Origin: a virus
Taxonomy: Duplodnaviria > Caudoviricetes
Direction: 5' to 3' (one strand)
DNA length: 53,092 nt
IMG/VR virus record: IMGVR_UViG_3300033149_001838
Location: 1 to 53,092 of that record
Within the stretch, counting starts at the first letter, position 1. Every line of letters starts with the position of its first letter. Shown piece by piece: positions 9,879 to 20,030 of this stretch. Below the pieces are notes generated by a model, which searched no databases, was not told where the DNA came from, and worked only from the letters and a program-made list of their open reading frames with translations. The translations under genes were made by a program, and so were the position numbers.

Positions 9879-12800
9879 TTATACTCTCAATGCCCTATAT
9901 ATTGGACCACGTTTCATTAGATCTGCACCTATATGATTTATAACAACTTTTTCCCCGGATTTACCTGTCATAGCGGTAGCAATATCCTCTTGAGTCACAA
10001 CATTAACTATGTTTATAGGCTGTCCACTTTCCCGCACATATCCAGACACATTGTTTTTGTCTATATTCTCAGAAGGAATGACCAATTCTCTACCGGAAGC
10101 ATTATCCCCCAGTATAGCCATGGTATCTCTACTAGTTAGACCTCCTGAGCTGAATCTGTGGAATGCCCTAATGGGAGAAATTACACCTCCGTGTTTATTA
10201 CTCCATGAGGACGGAAACATATCTGGGTCAAATCCACTAGGACCAACTCCCCCCTTTGTAGGCAATAAATCCAACAGTCCCATAACCACTTTCATAGCTA
10301 TCCACTTATTTATAGTATCCTGAATAGACTTTGCCAAACTCAGGAAGAATTCCTTAAATACTTCCCCCAAGTTTTTAATAGGGTTACGAAGATCATTTAT
10401 CTCACCTTTTAAGCGATTCATTTCGTCCGCTATTCTAGCAGCTTCCTCAGCTTGCCCGTCGGCTATAGCATTTTGGTAGTCTATTTCTAACTGATTTAGT
10501 TCATCCTGCAACTGGTTAGCTTCTTCCCTCTGTTCTTCAAACCCTCTGGTTATTTTATTAAGAATGTCAGTAATACCACTAACCATTTCGCTTTCAATCA
10601 AATCTACAAAGCTATCCCTCCACTCTGAGAGTTTCTTTTTAATACTGCTAGCTATTTTGTAGGTCCATTCCATTCGCTTCTTATACTCATCCGCATGTCG
10701 AACTAACTCCATCTCTGTTTGGGTTAATTCGTTGGTAAGTCTTAACAGCTCTTCCCCGCTTAATTTTGCTCCTTCAGAGAGTCTATTTTCTTCTAGTATA
10801 AGAAGTATAGCTTCTTTTCTTTTCTCTAATTTTTTCTTTTCTAGATTGAGAATTTCAACGTGTTTTTCTGGATGAAATAATTCCAGGGCTTCTTGTTGTG
10901 TACTCAACTCTACTATTTTTTGCTGTGCAGCTACATTTATTTTATTAATCTTTTGTTCTAATTTACTTTTATTTATGATAGCATTATACTTGTCATTTAT
11001 GGCGGCTAGTTTCTCTAGGTATGCATCTGTTATCTCAACAACTCCACCATAGTCTTTTCTTAATCTCCGAATTGCAACTGCTCTATCAGCATCAGCTTTC
11101 TTTTGTCGTGTGACATAAACATCTTGACCTTTAATAGCCTCAGTTTCTAGTTTCAAAGCCTCTATATCTAGCTTAATTCTCTCACGTGTTGCGCCTATTA
11201 TCTTATTTATTCTCTTATCCCGTTCACTTTCGATTTTGCCTTTTCTAGGCTTCCATTCCTCTTTTGCAAGAGCGTCCTTAAAGTAGCGATTGGCTTGTAT
11301 TATTTCCTTTTGTACCCTGCTAGTGGTCTCTCCAAAACTCTCAGTATCAGCTTGCGTTTTACGGAGCCATTTGTTATATTGAACAATCCAACTATCTTTT
11401 GCAATTTTCTTCTTCTCTAACTTAGATATTATTTTGTCAAAAATAGCTGTAACACGAGCATCAGTAAACTTTTTCCGGTATTCCTCCACTAATGGGCTTT
11501 TTTCACCAAACCAACCCATTAAAAAACCCTTCTGTTTAGTTGTTACTTCCAAATCTGTTTTTGCTAATTCCTTTGCGAGTTCTTGTATGGTACTATAAGC
11601 CAGATCAAAGTCTTCTTTCATGGCTTTTCGTAGTATCTCTTTATGCTCTGGTCTCATTTCTAGATATTCTCTTAATGCTTTATTCTTAGGGACCATCAAT
11701 CCTTTTTCTAGCACTTCGCTCATGATATTTGCAGCATCCGCAGCATCTAAATATGCCCTTTTGTATTTCTTTAGACTATCCAATTCCTCTTTATCTTTTT
11801 TAGTCTTGGTATTTATATTATCAACCATTTCTTTGAAAGTAGTTCTTCCATACTTATTGTAGGCAGCAGCTAAATCCTCAAACTGATTAACTAACTCGTC
11901 TGTAGTCTTTGTACCAACACCTACAAACTTTATATAGTCATACATAAAAGCCACGATCTCAGTTCTTATTTTAACTAACTCTAGGTCAAATTCCGCCTTC
12001 TTCACTCTCAGACTCTTTAGAGCGTCTGTTTGTATCTTCAGCTGATTCTTCCAATTATTTAGATTTTGTAGAGATCTACCACCAAACCCTGGTATTGTAA
12101 CATTTTCTTTGTCCACCCTTCTTTGATAAATATTAATCATATTCTTAGCTTTACTCACAGTAGATTTTCTGAATTCTACATCTCTTTCTGCTTCCTCTTT
12201 ATCTAAAAGTACATTTCTCAATTTCCGCTCTAAAAGTTTTTTCTTTTGCTCCAAAGTTTCTTCTTTCAGTAAACGTATACCTTCTCTTCTCTCCTTATTA
12301 AGTTCTTTATGTTTTTCAGTAATCTCTTCTAGTTCTTTACCTTCTAAATGCATAGCCAATAAGATCTGATCTTTTGCTATTACTCGTTCAGCCTCTATAT
12401 TTTTTCCCTCTCTGATAGCTTTTACATATTTTTCAAAAGTCTTCTCAGATTTCTTCAATACAGCTTCTTGTTCATTTAACTTTTGTGTAGTTCTATCTAA
12501 AGCCTCTTCCATTGAGGCTAATCCCTCTTTAGCATTTGCTATATAATCAATCAACCACACTATAATAGCCACAACACCGAACATACCCAACTTGAGTTTT
12601 GTGATCTTAGATAGCACAACAAACAAACCGGTAAGAATATGTTTCGTGGCTTTAAATGCTTCCTTTATTTTTAATAACTTAGCTATCATAGAACCAGCAA
12701 ATATTATACCTACTGTTGTACCTATACCCACAAGTAGTTCCAGTATCTTCTTGAGTGGAGGAGCTAAATCACTAGCTCCATCCACAAATTCTGTCATGTA

Positions 12801-15800
12801 GTCTATCATTTTCTTTAAAATTGGTGCATATCTGCTATATATCTTTTCTAAAACTATTACAGTGGTATTACCCAATTTTGTCAACTTAGATTGTAGAGTA
12901 TCCATCTGAACTGCTGCCATATCAGCCGCAGTTCCGAGACTCCCTAAAGAATCGGAGAAACCACGCAACTCACTCGCTCGACCAATAAGTGCAGCTATAG
13001 CAGCAGCTGCCCTACGGTCTAACCCTCTGAAAGCATTAGTTGCATCAAATCCCGCAACTTTAAGTTGTTCTAATATGTCTATAACATTCCTACCACTAGA
13101 CATATCTATATCTTGCAGAGTAATTCCTACTTTATGAAGCTCCTTCTCAAATCGTTTTGATGGTTTAACAAGTTCTCCCAATAGAGACCTTAATCCAGTA
13201 CCAACTTTACTCATCTTGATACCCTGATTAGCCATCATACCGATCATACCAGCAGTATCTGCCAAGGATATATTCAATTGTGGAGCTACACCAGTCAAAT
13301 ACTGTAATGCAGTACCCAAGCCCTTAATTTGGACTTTAGATCTATTAACCGTACTAGCTAACACATCTACAATATGTTCAGTATCATCAGACTCCTCTCT
13401 CCAAGCCTTCATAACGGTGGTTACGAGATCCGCAGAAGTAGTCATGTCTGTCATAGTAGCAGTAGCCAAGGTAGCCACATCTTGGATAGCATTAGTAACT
13501 TCTGCTGCTGAAAGACCTGCCTGACCTAACTTAACCATACCATCAGCTATGGTAGTTATATCAATATTTAACGATTTAGCAACCTTTTCTAATGCCCCAG
13601 ACATGACTAACATCTCACCACTAGTAGCCATAGTAACTGCTTGGAGATTAGCCATTGCCTGTTCTAGCTCTTTAACTTTACGGAATCCTTCAGTTATTCC
13701 ACGATATAAGGCCCAAAATCCCCTCAACTGGATAAACCATCCTGCTCTAGCTCTAAACCAGGATGCGCTTAAAAATCCTGTTTTACCCTCCCGTTCCTTA
13801 AGTTTTGTCCTGAACCTATCAACTTCCTTAGTTGCTTTTTTGAGGTCAAAACTCTTATCTCTAATTAATTTATTGTGGATTTTCTCCAGTCTATTTATAG
13901 CCTCTTTAGTTATTATACCCCTCTTCATTTCAGCTCTTAATCTTCTGCTCTCTACTCTAAGTTTTTTATAGTTCTCTACTCTTTTTTCCTTCTTTTCGGC
14001 AGCAATTGCTTTAGCAGTAGCAACTCTAGCTTTAAGATCTTTTTTAAGAGTTAACTGGTTAAGAGCCAGAAGCTGATTTTGAACCTTTTGTAGCTCGTTT
14101 GCTTTTTGTCTTACATTATTACCAGCTTTTATATCATTTATGAGAGCTGCCTCTTGTATTCGGAGTTCCTTGACCAAATTAGCTTTTCTTCTCTGCGCCT
14201 GTACATAACTTTCCGCCAGTCTCAGTCTTTCCTGCAATACTGCACGATCTTCTGAAGTCTTCTTAGGTATTTCATATTTAAGTCTAGTTCGTCTTACAGC
14301 CTCTTCAGTTAGGGCTTTTTCTAGTCTAATACCCTCCCTAGAATAGGTCATACCAAGTTTCTTATACTCTTGATATACTTTAATTAACTCTACCCTTTTC
14401 TGTTCAGCATCAATATTAGCTCTTATATCTGCATTGAGCTTCCTCTCTTTTAAATGTAACTCGTTTAGTATATCCGCCCTACGACCTAAAGCCTGATCAT
14501 GTTGACCCGCTACTTTTAACTGGGCTTTAAAAAACTCCCTATCTAATTGGGTTCTGGGCTGCCTCCTAAGACCCTGAATCATGATCTTTTCTCTCTCAGC
14601 AGCTAACTCCTTTGCAAACTTAGCACCTTTCTTATTAAGTGCTACTTGAATCTCTTCTAATCTATTAAGATTAGCAATAGTAACCGACCCTTTTTGCATG
14701 ACTTCGACTAGTTTTCTTCTCTCAGTCGTTAACTTTCTCAGTTTCTCAACCCGTCTCTCCCTATCTTCTTGTTTAGCATCCTCTATGAGACCATGCATAA
14801 CGTCAGCTTGTTCTCTAGCTACACCAGTACCTCTCTTCATGAGTTCAGTTTGAACCCTACGAAGTTGAACTGCTTTTGCAGCTACATCATTACCTAATGC
14901 TATATCTGCACGCAGGCGTGCCTGTTCTTTTCTTAGTCTATCAGTCTCAACACTAAGTCTACGTTTGGCCTGACTCAGACTTTTTAGTCTTTCCAATTCT
15001 AATTGGTACTTAGTCTTCTCTGCTCCGGTTTTAGGTCCATATTGAACATCCAAACCTGTTGCCAGTAATTTCTTTCGCTCAGTAGCTAATTTCCTAGCAC
15101 CCTGTATCTCTAAATTTTGAATCTGAAGCCGAGTTCTATCAATCTTATTCGCCTGTGCTACGGTCATATTCTTCTTATCATACTCTTTAAGGAGCATTCT
15201 AAGTTGGGCTTTTAAGTCTTTAACTAGTCTGGTCTTACGCTCATTTATCTCATTATCTAATTTTTCTAACCGTATAACATTAGAAGTTGATACGTTACCT
15301 TTAGCAATTATATCGGCTAATTTGGATCTTTCTTTATTTAATCTTTTTAAATTAGTAGCAGAACGCTCAAGATTTTCTTCTTTAGCCGCCATAACAAGTT
15401 GCTTCATAGCTCCAGCATCTTTTAAAACAACCTCCTGACCTCTCTCTCTAAGCTGGTTTTGGACTTTAAGCAACCTGGCAGAATTTTCCTTTACAGAATT
15501 ACCAGCTTCTATGTCTTTAATAAGAGCCTTTTCAGCTAATCTTAATTCACGTACCTGCTTAGTAAGACGAGCTTCTGCCTCAGCAGCACTTGCAGCTACT
15601 TTAGCCCTTTCCTCATACTGTCGTTGTAATTTAGGACTCTCATCTTCTGATTTTACTCTGGCTCCCTCTCTGGCTCTTAACCTGTCTATCAACTCAAAAC
15701 TCTTCTTTATTTGATCACCAAATTGCCTATAGCGCTCTCTGAATTGTTTAAGCCCAGTGTCAAACATTTTATTGAAAACTTCAAGTCTTCTTTTAACCTC

Positions 15801-16334
15801 CTCTACACTAAGTCCCTTCGCCAGATCATCAGCAAAACCTTTTAAAGCCTTCCTTTGTTCCTCTCTTAAAGATGTAAGTTCATCAATTCTTTCTTTTATT
15901 GCTTTAACATCATTCTTACCCATAAAAGCTGTGCCTTCTTCAGTCAGTGCTACAGAAGATCTACCAGCAGCTACACGTTCAAATTGTCCTATCACATTCC
16001 CCAATAGATTCTTTGGAGCGGTACTGAGTTCTCTAAAATCCGCTATAAGTTTAGTAACTATTTCTCTTACTCTCTGTTCAGCTTTGTTAAGGCCCTCAAC
16101 ACCGACTTCTGAAGAACTTACCCAGGCTTTAAAAACATCATCAACATTTTCTCTAGCAGCATTTAAAAACTTGGTTGTTTTTTTAAATGGATCTCCTTTA
16201 ACAATACCTTCTATTCCAATATTGTTTACTTTTCTCTCAAATTCTTTTATGCTGGCGGTCATATTACGGATGCCTTCCTCAACCTTGGAAATATCCACCC
16301 CAAAAGTTACATTAATTCCGCCTATAGTAGCCAA
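9879..16334 (-). CDS. Tail tape measure protein
   Basis: 2151 aa, helical/coiled coil; central TP901-type core (LEQAMANLQAVT...LGQAGLSA...GTGLRSLL); follows the tail chaperones. Confidence 0.93.
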   Translation of the reverse strand: MATIGGINVTFGVDISKVEEGIRNMTASIKEFERKVNNIGIEGIVKGDPFKKTTKFLNAARENVDDVFKAWVSSSEVGVEGLNKAEQRVREIVTKLIADFRELSTAPKNLLGNVIGQFERVAAGRSSVALTEEGTAFMGKNDVKAIKERIDELTSLREEQRKALKGFADDLAKGLSVEEVKRRLEVFNKMFDTGLKQFRERYRQFGDQIKKSFELIDRLRAREGARVKSEDESPKLQRQYEERAKVAASAAEAEARLTKQVRELRLAEKALIKDIEAGNSVKENSARLLKVQNQLRERGQEVVLKDAGAMKQLVMAAKEENLERSATNLKRLNKERSKLADIIAKGNVSTSNVIRLEKLDNEINERKTRLVKDLKAQLRMLLKEYDKKNMTVAQANKIDRTRLQIQNLEIQGARKLATERKKLLATGLDVQYGPKTGAEKTKYQLELERLKSLSQAKRRLSVETDRLRKEQARLRADIALGNDVAAKAVQLRRVQTELMKRGTGVAREQADVMHGLIEDAKQEDRERRVEKLRKLTTERRKLVEVMQKGSVTIANLNRLEEIQVALNKKGAKFAKELAAEREKIMIQGLRRQPRTQLDREFFKAQLKVAGQHDQALGRRADILNELHLKERKLNADIRANIDAEQKRVELIKVYQEYKKLGMTYSREGIRLEKALTEEAVRRTRLKYEIPKKTSEDRAVLQERLRLAESYVQAQRRKANLVKELRIQEAALINDIKAGNNVRQKANELQKVQNQLLALNQLTLKKDLKARVATAKAIAAEKKEKRVENYKKLRVESRRLRAEMKRGIITKEAINRLEKIHNKLIRDKSFDLKKATKEVDRFRTKLKEREGKTGFLSASWFRARAGWFIQLRGFWALYRGITEGFRKVKELEQAMANLQAVTMATSGEMLVMSGALEKVAKSLNIDITTIADGMVKLGQAGLSAAEVTNAIQDVATLATATMTDMTTSADLVTTVMKAWREESDDTEHIVDVLASTVNRSKVQIKGLGTALQYLTGVAPQLNISLADTAGMIGMMANQGIKMSKVGTGLRSLLGELVKPSKRFEKELHKVGITLQDIDMSSGRNVIDILEQLKVAGFDATNAFRGLDRRAAAAIAALIGRASELRGFSDSLGSLGTAADMAAVQMDTLQSKLTKLGNTTVIVLEKIYSRYAPILKKMIDYMTEFVDGASDLAPPLKKILELLVGIGTTVGIIFAGSMIAKLLKIKEAFKATKHILTGLFVVLSKITKLKLGMFGVVAIIVWLIDYIANAKEGLASMEEALDRTTQKLNEQEAVLKKSEKTFEKYVKAIREGKNIEAERVIAKDQILLAMHLEGKELEEITEKHKELNKERREGIRLLKEETLEQKKKLLERKLRNVLLDKEEAERDVEFRKSTVSKAKNMINIYQRRVDKENVTIPGFGGRSLQNLNNWKNQLKIQTDALKSLRVKKAEFDLELVKIRTEIVAFMYDYIKFVGVGTKTTDELVNQFEDLAAAYNKYGRTTFKEMVDNINTKTKKDKEELDSLKKYKRAYLDAADAANIMSEVLEKGLMVPKNKALREYLEMRPEHKEILRKAMKEDFDLAYSTIQELAKELAKTDLEVTTKQKGFLMGWFGEKSPLVEEYRKKFTDARVTAIFDKIISKLEKKKIAKDSWIVQYNKWLRKTQADTESFGETTSRVQKEIIQANRYFKDALAKEEWKPRKGKIESERDKRINKIIGATRERIKLDIEALKLETEAIKGQDVYVTRQKKADADRAVAIRRLRKDYGGVVEITDAYLEKLAAINDKYNAIINKSKLEQKINKINVAAQQKIVELSTQQEALELFHPEKHVEILNLEKKKLEKRKEAILLILEENRLSEGAKLSGEELLRLTNELTQTEMELVRHADEYKKRMEWTYKIASSIKKKLSEWRDSFVDLIESEMVSGITDILNKITRGFEEQREEANQLQDELNQLEIDYQNAIADGQAEEAARIADEMNRLKGEINDLRNPIKNLGEVFKEFFLSLAKSIQDTINKWIAMKVVMGLLDLLPTKGGVGPSGFDPDMFPSSWSNKHGGVISPIRAFHRFSSGGLTSRDTMAILGDNASGRELVIPSENIDKNNVSGYVRESGQPINIVNVVTQEDIATAMTGKSGEKVVINHIGADLMKRGPIYRALRV

Positions 16335-16336
16335 TA

Positions 16337-16789
16337 TTAGTCAACTCCTTTTTTAGTATCATTAACAGGAATTCCAAACCCCAACAATGTTTTTTCTACT
16401 TCTATGGGATTATTTTTAATCCTTTGTTTTCTCTGTAATTTGTTCCAGTCTAAATTATTAATAAACCTGGTCCACACCTGTTGTTTTCTCCTAGCCCCCT
16501 GTCTGTCCTCGGCAGGAGTAGCATAAGCAACAGCATTAGTCATTATTATTGCAGACATCCTAGAATCTTCCATCTTTTGCTTACATGCCTTTTCAAAAAA
16601 TAGATATATTTGGTCTATTGTGTAATTATAGAGAAGATCCTGAAGGGATGTCCCGATATGATTATTTAGAAGTGTGTAAAAAAGATCACCTATCTCTATC
16701 TTGGCAGTCTTTTGTCGTACTTTTACGTATCCTGGTCTTGTGGATTCTCCTCCACCCTCTCCGCTAGAGTGGAGGTTACTACGTTTTTT
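16337..16789 (-). CDS. Tail assembly chaperone -1 frameshift extension (gpGT-like)
   Basis: The -1 frame from the slippery site is open without stops into ORF 16337..16573 (checked by manual translation). Confidence 0.8.
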   Translation of the reverse strand, partial: KKRSNLHSSGEGGGESTRPGYVKVRQKTAKIEIGDLFYTLLNNHIGTSLQDLLYNYTIDQIYLFFEKACKQKMEDSRMSAIIMTNAVAYATPAEDRQGARRKQQVWTRFINNLDWNKLQRKQRIKNNPIEVEKTLLGFGIPVNDTKKGVD

Positions 16790-17133
16790 ATGGTTTCAGA
16801 GTTCTGCTTATAGATTGTCAAAGCTATCTTTACACCATCAGAAATAGGAAGTGCTTTAATTTCCTTTTCATCCACCTCAAGTGTCATAGCTATAACCTTT
16901 AATAACTCATCACTACATATGGTAAAAAGTCTAGCTATTGTAGTATAAGATATAATAGACTGTTCCCCAGAAAACATCTTATCAAGACCTTTTTCTTCTA
17001 TCTTATCCAATACAGACTGTAACAATTCAGAAATATCAAATAGCTTACCAAATGACCACGGTTTAACTACAAATTTTCCTATTCTAACATCTGGGAGTAG
17101 GATTTCATCCTCTGTCTTTTTCTTTTTAGTCAT
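16723..17133 (-). CDS. Tail assembly chaperone (gpG-like)
   Basis: 136 aa upstream of tape measure; ATA AAA AAC slippery sequence near the 3' end. Confidence 0.82.
   Translation of the reverse strand: MTKKKKTEDEILLPDVRIGKFVVKPWSFGKLFDISELLQSVLDKIEEKGLDKMFSGEQSIISYTTIARLFTICSDELLKVIAMTLEVDEKEIKALPISDGVKIALTIYKQNSETIKNVVTSTLAERVEENPQDQDT
16749..16789 (-). promoter_or_regulatory. -1 programmed ribosomal frameshift signal
   Basis: A AAA AAC heptamer (16783-16789), 7-nt spacer, then stem CCTCCACTCT-AGCGG-AGAGGGTGGAGG. Confidence 0.82.
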
Positions 17134-17135
17134 AA

Positions 17136-17549
17136 TTACCTCACGTGTTTTACATTATAATTAGACACACTTATAGTATGTTGTCCACCTTCAAATGAAC
17201 CAATTAAGAGAGGCGCAGAATTATTACAGGTTATTTGACCGTTACCATTTAACTGATTCATATGCAATTCGTTTATAAGAGCCTGTTGAATAGTCAGTGC
17301 TCCTTGACGTGTAACTGAGTTTACTCTGACCTGTATACTAGGCTCCTGTCTGTACCTATCAGACAACGGAGGACCTCCCCCATATGGAATCAAAGTAACG
17401 GTTGTAATATCTTTACCTGCTGGTTCTATACCGATGAACAGATTAGTCCCAAATTCTAGAGTAGTACCTAAAGCTGTACAGATAGCATTAGTGGCAGTAA
17501 GATCCTCTAGATAAGACGCAACGGTATTACAAATTGTAGTAGTCATCAT
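17136..17549 (-). CDS. Tail terminator / tail completion protein
   Basis: GTNLFIG..P...LIPYGGGPP...PSIQVRV pattern; synteny. Confidence 0.75.
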   Translation of the reverse strand: MMTTTICNTVASYLEDLTATNAICTALGTTLEFGTNLFIGIEPAGKDITTVTLIPYGGGPPLSDRYRQEPSIQVRVNSVTRQGALTIQQALINELHMNQLNGNGQITCNNSAPLLIGSFEGGQHTISVSNYNVKHVR

Positions 17550-18322
17550 TTATCACCACTTGTTTCTCTTATTGCTTTATGAGCAGCAGATGATACCAAA
17601 TAGTTAACTCGTTTATTAAATAACATGTCGTCCTCAAATTCTTCTTTTGTTCTAAAGACAGATGGTTTCAGTTTAGCAATGTTGACTGAGAATCTATCTT
17701 TACCACGCTTGGTAATATTCATACTATTAGCTATAATATTACCTAATGCTCCTGTAGATATATGTTTACGTAACCAGGCTATGTATATTCTTTGTTTGGC
17801 TTGAAAAGCACTTTCAAGATATTTAGGGCCAGTTCCTGGAAATCTAGCGTGAGGAGATCCCGATGAACCATAGGGTAACAATTCCTCATGAGTCCATAGA
17901 GCAATGTCTTCTCCCAACTCATTTTCACGCTTATACATCACCATTCCAGAAACTTTTCTGATTCTTTTAGCTCTATTTAACCTACCTCTCAGTTTAGACA
18001 AATCTACATCAACACCACCGTCTCTTCTACCTCTACCCACTACAATGGCATATCCACTTTTACCTGCCCATCCAAAAAATACGTTGGCTAAACCACTCTC
18101 CCTTAATTTACCTCCCCAAGGTAGGGGTTCTCCCTGAGCTGTACTTTGTAGAGGTACCATAGGCTGAGTATTAGTTAAGATATCAGCCATTATCATACCC
18201 ATCATCTTAACAGCTTTATTCGTAATTAATTCCCCAGTAAGTTTTAAATTATTAACAGTTTCACTTACTCCTTCCAATCTTACTCCACTGTTACCTCTGG
18301 ATCTTTGAGGAGACTGCTGCAT
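17546..18322 (-). CDS. Neck/tail completion protein (HK97 gp10-like position)
   Basis: VP...GKLRES and HE...GTGPKYLE motifs; synteny. Confidence 0.7.
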   Translation of the reverse strand: MQQSPQRSRGNSGVRLEGVSETVNNLKLTGELITNKAVKMMGMIMADILTNTQPMVPLQSTAQGEPLPWGGKLRESGLANVFFGWAGKSGYAIVVGRGRRDGGVDVDLSKLRGRLNRAKRIRKVSGMVMYKRENELGEDIALWTHEELLPYGSSGSPHARFPGTGPKYLESAFQAKQRIYIAWLRKHISTGALGNIIANSMNITKRGKDRFSVNIAKLKPSVFRTKEEFEDDMLFNKRVNYLVSSAAHKAIRETSGDK

Positions 18323-18323
18323 G

Positions 18324-18638
18324 TTATACTAGGTATAGCTTTGTGTGGTCCCAATTACCAGCTATACCATACCTCTTTTCTGTTCCTATGACCACATAGG
18401 TTTCATTATTATATACAACTTCATAATTAATTCTGACTGTATAATCAGGAGTAAGCCACACTTCTACTCTGTATTGTTTTTCTTCATTATTCTTGTCCAA
18501 AATCAAACCAATCTTTTCTTGCCACCTACAAGGAACAGAGCTGTACATAACTGAAGCCACTGAATCTCCATATCCATTGTCTACAGTAGAAGATATACTT
18601 GTGATAGTCTGGTTAACCAATCCAGATACCAGGCTCAT
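18324..18638 (-). CDS. Head closure (stopper) protein
   Basis: 104 aa beta-rich, DNGYG...VPCRWQ pattern; synteny. Confidence 0.72.
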   Translation of the reverse strand: MSLVSGLVNQTITSISSTVDNGYGDSVASVMYSSVPCRWQEKIGLILDKNNEEKQYRVEVWLTPDYTVRINYEVVYNNETYVVIGTEKRYGIAGNWDHTKLYLV

Positions 18639-18826
18639 TTCTTCTTACGCCTCATTTTTCTAAGAGTAGCAGCTAAATTAGCTCTTCTTCTTGTAGTAGG
18701 ATTCTTACTTCTTTTCCCTTCTGCTATACAAGCCGAAGTAACACCTTTATACCCCTGCTTCTTGCACCAATTAGTAAATGCTCCAGGTTTTTTCACAGCA
18801 GATTGTATCCATTTCTTTTTAGCCAC
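18635..18826 (-). CDS. Small highly basic phage protein
   Basis: MAKKKWIQSAVKKPGAF...RRRANLAATLRKM; GTG start with GGAGG-like RBS. Confidence 0.7.
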   Translation of the reverse strand: MAKKKWIQSAVKKPGAFTNWCKKQGYKGVTSACIAEGKRSKNPTTRRRANLAATLRKMRRKKK

Positions 18827-18828
18827 CT

Positions 18829-19152
18829 TTATCCCCCCTCAAGTTTGGCTCTAGCTTCTTCTTTTAAGACTTTCAACTTGGACTTATTTCGTTTATTCTT
18901 ATTATTTTTCTTTCTAATTTTCTTGCTTTTAAATTGTTTAGCCCATCTTTTATTAGGCTCCTCATTTCCTATCTTTCTTGTTACACACCATCTTATGTTC
19001 TTTATTTTTCTTACAGCCTCAGTCCCATTCTTGAACCTTATTATCATTTTGTTATTCTTAGTAAATCCTAATAATTCAACTTTAGTCCAGCCCCTTGTAT
19101 TAGTCTTTATTTCAATGAATCTTTTTCGTTTTCTGTACCTTTTTCTTTTCAT
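18829..19152 (-). CDS. Lys/Arg-rich hypothetical protein
   Basis: 107 aa, tightly packed with its neighbours. Confidence 0.6.
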   Translation of the reverse strand: MKRKRYRKRKRFIEIKTNTRGWTKVELLGFTKNNKMIIRFKNGTEAVRKIKNIRWCVTRKIGNEEPNKRWAKQFKSKKIRKKNNKNKRNKSKLKVLKEEARAKLEGG

Positions 19153-19292
19153 CTCATCCTCTTACGTTTATAGTTCTTATTAGTTGATACATGAAATGTG
19201 GGATAATGCCCATATTTACGCACCCATTTTCTGTATAATTGAGGTAAATTTATTTTGAAATACAGCTCTTGTTTCTTAGATTTAAATGGCAT
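19149..19292 (-). CDS. Small basic protein (47 aa)
   Basis: Not in ORF track; manual translation MPFKSKKQELYFKINLPQLYRKWVRKYG...; fills the gap and overlaps the next gene by ATGA. Confidence 0.65.
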   Translation of the reverse strand: MPFKSKKQELYFKINLPQLYRKWVRKYGHYPTFHVSTNKNYKRKRMR

Positions 19293-19297
19293 ATCTA

Positions 19298-20020
19298 TCA
19301 CGCCCTCGCAGATGACATTGATCTTTCTATGAACCTACTGAGAAGTTTTTTAGCTACAGGAGAAATTGTTATCTTAGACGTGTTGGCGGAACTTAATGTT
19401 ACATCAACATCACCTATTTTAACTCTTGTACTCCCAACGCTCTTATAAGACTGTATAGTATCTAAATTAGGGTTATCTAGTAGAAACAAAGTCTGTTCAC
19501 ATTGGGCATCTTTAATTTCTGAGTACAGTGGAGCAAATACAGTAAACTTAGTACTGGTAGTAAGAGATGCTGTAAATGCATTCTCCATATGGACTATTCC
19601 AGTTCTGTTAGAGGAAGCAATAGTCTCAACTAAATGATCATCTGTTAAATGACAGGACCCGTATTGCCAATAATTATCAGGTATTTCTCCGTAGGTGTCA
19701 GATTTTAAATTGGCATTATAGAACGTGATTGAGTCAATTAAGGTAGCAGTACTTTCACCTTGGGCTGTAGCACAATTACCAGTAACAACTTCATGACTAT
19801 CTCTGGGAAATTGCATAGTTTGAGCATCATAGTATTTATCTCCTACAAAATTAAATGCATCTATGTCTCTAGCGGCAGTCTTGAGAGCTACTTCCTTAGC
19901 TGAGGTAGCAATATTATCCCAGTTATCTGTATTAGTCCTCCCAGAGAAATAGGTATTAGCCTCAACTACACTAACATATGAGTCTGCTGTAAAATCCCCC
20001 AGTTTTGCATTTATTGCCAT
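19298..20020 (-). CDS. Head-tail adaptor (DnaT-like phage family)
   Basis: ADSYVSVVEANTYF...ALKTAARDID...QFPR...IKDAQCEQ...VKIGDV motifs. Confidence 0.78.
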   Translation of the reverse strand: MAINAKLGDFTADSYVSVVEANTYFSGRTNTDNWDNIATSAKEVALKTAARDIDAFNFVGDKYYDAQTMQFPRDSHEVVTGNCATAQGESTATLIDSITFYNANLKSDTYGEIPDNYWQYGSCHLTDDHLVETIASSNRTGIVHMENAFTASLTTSTKFTVFAPLYSEIKDAQCEQTLFLLDNPNLDTIQSYKSVGSTRVKIGDVDVTLSSANTSKITISPVAKKLLSRFIERSMSSARA

Positions 20021-20030
20021 TATATCACCC

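Noticed and set aside
9694-16356. Plus-strand ORFs opposite the tape measure and distal tail genes (e.g. 15757..16356, 13549..13971, 10009..10323)
   Set aside because: Antisense shadows of long coding genes; Ser/Leu/Phe-rich, no RBS or motifs. The same applies to the other short plus-strand ORFs between 1 and 50 kb.
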